Shown here piece by piece: positions 61,789-64,000 of a stretch of DNA of 64,000 nt. Origin of the DNA: Adineta vaga. Lineage: Eukaryota > Animalia > Rotifera. Position 1 is the stretch's first letter. Every line of letters starts with the position of its first letter. The stretch covers positions 14,632,001 through 14,696,000 of the forward strand of contig CP075492.1 of NCBI GenBank assembly GCA_021613535.1. The letters run 5' to 3'. A program made the position numbers and the translations under genes. A model generated the notes under the pieces. That model saw only the letters and a list, made by a program, of their open reading frames with translations. It was not told where the DNA came from and did not search any database.

Positions 61789-62827
61789 ATGTCTTCATCA
61801 AACTCTACTCTTCCATCGATATCTTCGTCGGAAATTGTTCATCTGCAATTTATTTTACGATTAGTCGTTGGTATATTAGGTTTACCAATGCTCCTTGCTG
61901 GTATCATTGGTAATACAATTAATATTTTTACTTTTATTAAATTAGGTTATTATCGAGAGAATTCTTGTTCACTTTATATTCTATCTCGATCGATTTTTGA
62001 TTTAACTCTTCTTATAACTGGACTTGGAACACGTATTCTAAGTCAAAGTTTTCAAATTGATTTTACATTAACAAATCATCTTTGGTGTAAATTACGTGTT
62101 CCTATTATTTACATTAATACGTTGAGTTCCTATACATTTCTATGTCTTCAATCGATTGATGCATTTTTGGTTACATCATTATCCGTTTCTTTTCGACAGA
62201 AAAGTAATATACAAAGAGGTCGATATTTTCTGATTAGTTTTCTTCTTCTTTGGATTATTGAAGAATTACCTTATCTCTATTTTCAAGAATTAATTATCAG
62301 TTCTGATGGAACGAGTTTCATGTGTATAACAATCAATTCAACATATGCGAAATATCGAATATATTTTGTTTATCTTTTTCTAACGACGATTGTTCCACTT
62401 GTTCTAATAATTGGATTTGATTTTTTAACCTATCGACATCTACAAATGTATACACTTCAACAACAACGCCATTTACTTTCAATTCTTGCAAGACAAATGA
62501 CTAAAATGACTCTATTTCATATAGCTGCTGTTTTTCTCTTTCAAACACCATTTGCTATTGCACAATGTTATTTCCTTACCACAGGACTTAGTAAAGAACC
62601 TATTCGAAATGCACAAGAACAAATCATACAACAATTTTTCAATATACTTGGATATGGCATCTATGCAGTAAGATGAAAAACTTTTCTTTTTCAATATGTA
62701 TTCAACTGTTGTTTGTATATAGACATCGTTCTATTGTTATTTTATTGCATCAAAACGTTTTCGTCAACAAGTATTCAATGCATTTTTTAACCATCGACAA
62801 GGCCAAAATCGAATACAACCGACATAA
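61789..62827 (+). CDS. Orphan class A GPCR, two exons
   Basis: GIIGN, NSCSLYIL, WCKLR, degenerate DRY (QSIDAF). Intron 62668-62721, then TSFYCYFIASKRFRQQV. Confidence 0.85.
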
Positions 62828-62928
62828 ACAAGTTGCATCATTGATTTGCTAAGAAACACGTGTTGTCGTTTTTCTTTCTCGAAGTAAAAGAATATATAGA
62901 ATATTTCATAATCATTTTGTAATTTTAT

Positions 62929-64000
62929 ATGATGCAAACAGAGAATGTGTTTATTATTGCTGGAGCAGGCATTGGAGGTTTAGCAACTGCTTTAGCATTG
63001 CAACAGAATGGATTTTCGTATGAAATTTATGAACGTGACATAGATTTTAATTCTCGTCGACAAGGTTATAGTTTAACTATTCAAAAGAATGGATTTGCAG
63101 CATTGAAAGAACTTGGTTTAGGTGATTGTGTACGAGAGATGGGTGCAGATTCTGTAATCGCAGGAACAGCTACATACAACAATTTGGGTGAAGTGATCTT
63201 TTCTAAATCTAAACGAAATAGGGATCGATATAATTTCAATAATTTTGCAGTACCACGACAATCTCTTCGTACATGTCTAATGAATGAATTAAAACCAAAT
63301 GTTATTCATTGGAATAAAGAAATTATTCGATATGAATCGTTACAAAATAATTCTCATCAAATTCGAGTTATCTTCTCGGATAATACATCCGTTGTTGGTC
63401 GTGCATTGATTGGCTGCGATGGAGTTCGTAGTACAATTCGTAAACAAATGTTAGGTGATGATTTGAATTATCTTGGTGTATGGGCGATTAATGGTATTTC
63501 ATCTCATCAACAGAATCCACTTCTTGTCAATAAAACTGTTCAGATGCTTGATGGAAAATCTCGTTTATTTATTAAACCATATTCTCTTCATAAATCTATG
63601 TGGCAATTGACTTTTCAAGTTTCGAAAGATGATCAAACTTACAATCAAAATGATTTAGAAGATTTATTAAATAAAGCAAGACATACTACGAAAGATTGGT
63701 ATGAATCAATTACAAAATTAATTCATGACACGTCAGTTTCAGATATTCGTGCTGGTCCAGTTTTTGATCGAGATCCATTGGAAATTATTCGCAAAGACGT
63801 CGAATGTGTGACAATGTTAGGTGATGCTGTACATCCTATGAGTCCTTTTAAAGGACAAGGAGCGAATCAGGCATTGACGGATGCAGTTAATTTAGTAAAA
63901 TTTATAATGAAATATCAAGAAGAGAATGATGGCGTCGAAAAAGCTTTTCATGATTTTGAAAATGAAATGCTCATACGTTCAAAACGTTCTGTTTTACAAT
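62929..64000 (+). CDS. FAD-dependent (group A) flavin monooxygenase, 3'-partial; absent from the ORF track
   Basis: Manual translation gives IIAGAGIGGLATA (GxGxxG), YERD…RRQGYSLT, IGCDGVRS (DG motif) and MLGDAVHPMSPFKGQGANQALTDA (GD motif). The frame runs off the window end. Confidence 0.93.
   Translation, partial: MMQTENVFIIAGAGIGGLATALALQQNGFSYEIYERDIDFNSRRQGYSLTIQKNGFAALKELGLGDCVREMGADSVIAGTATYNNLGEVIFSKSKRNRDRYNFNNFAVPRQSLRTCLMNELKPNVIHWNKEIIRYESLQNNSHQIRVIFSDNTSVVGRALIGCDGVRSTIRKQMLGDDLNYLGVWAINGISSHQQNPLLVNKTVQMLDGKSRLFIKPYSLHKSMWQLTFQVSKDDQTYNQNDLEDLLNKARHTTKDWYESITKLIHDTSVSDIRAGPVFDRDPLEIIRKDVECVTMLGDAVHPMSPFKGQGANQALTDAVNLVKFIMKYQEENDGVEKAFHDFENEMLIRSKRSVLQ

Noticed and set aside
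1-64000. Prokaryotic origin or wholesale contamination, suggested by bacterial-like enzymes
   Set aside because: Spliceosomal introns throughout, including in some foreign-type genes, animal GPCRs interleaved with them, and uniform base composition.

Overview
AT-rich eukaryotic genomic DNA with compact genes and short GT-AG introns (mostly about 50-65 bp). The gene mix is the profile known from bdelloid rotifers; this assignment is inference, not a database result. The mix includes an ART-TPR protein, NHL and FG-GAP propeller proteins, six orphan class A GPCRs, a TIR protein, a major vault protein, and several fungal- or bacterial-type enzymes and transporters. Splicing the ORF fragments by hand gives about 30 loci, of which at least four are pseudogenes or frameshifted. 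Most unusual: (1) one gene at 4043-8202 encoding three tandem TM-ectodomain-TM units with mosaic near-identical DNA patches, possibly a single-chain pseudo-trimer; (2) a NEURL4/PARP-like ADP-ribosyltransferase domain fused to a TMEM272-like four-TM domain (9090-10633), next to a decayed tandem copy; (3) a signal-peptide protein ending in a dynein-light-chain (LC8)-like domain (25229-25877), visible only after splicing; (4) a 28-blade FG-GAP protein with a 7-7-3-7-4 blade pattern; (5) an in-frame but C-terminally truncated major vault protein; (6) at least seven foreign-looking genes, three of them with introns. Non-coding structures include a Helitron-like end, a 150-bp palindrome and a 64-bp TA-flanked terminal-inverted-repeat element. 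No rRNA, tRNA or CRISPR array was seen.
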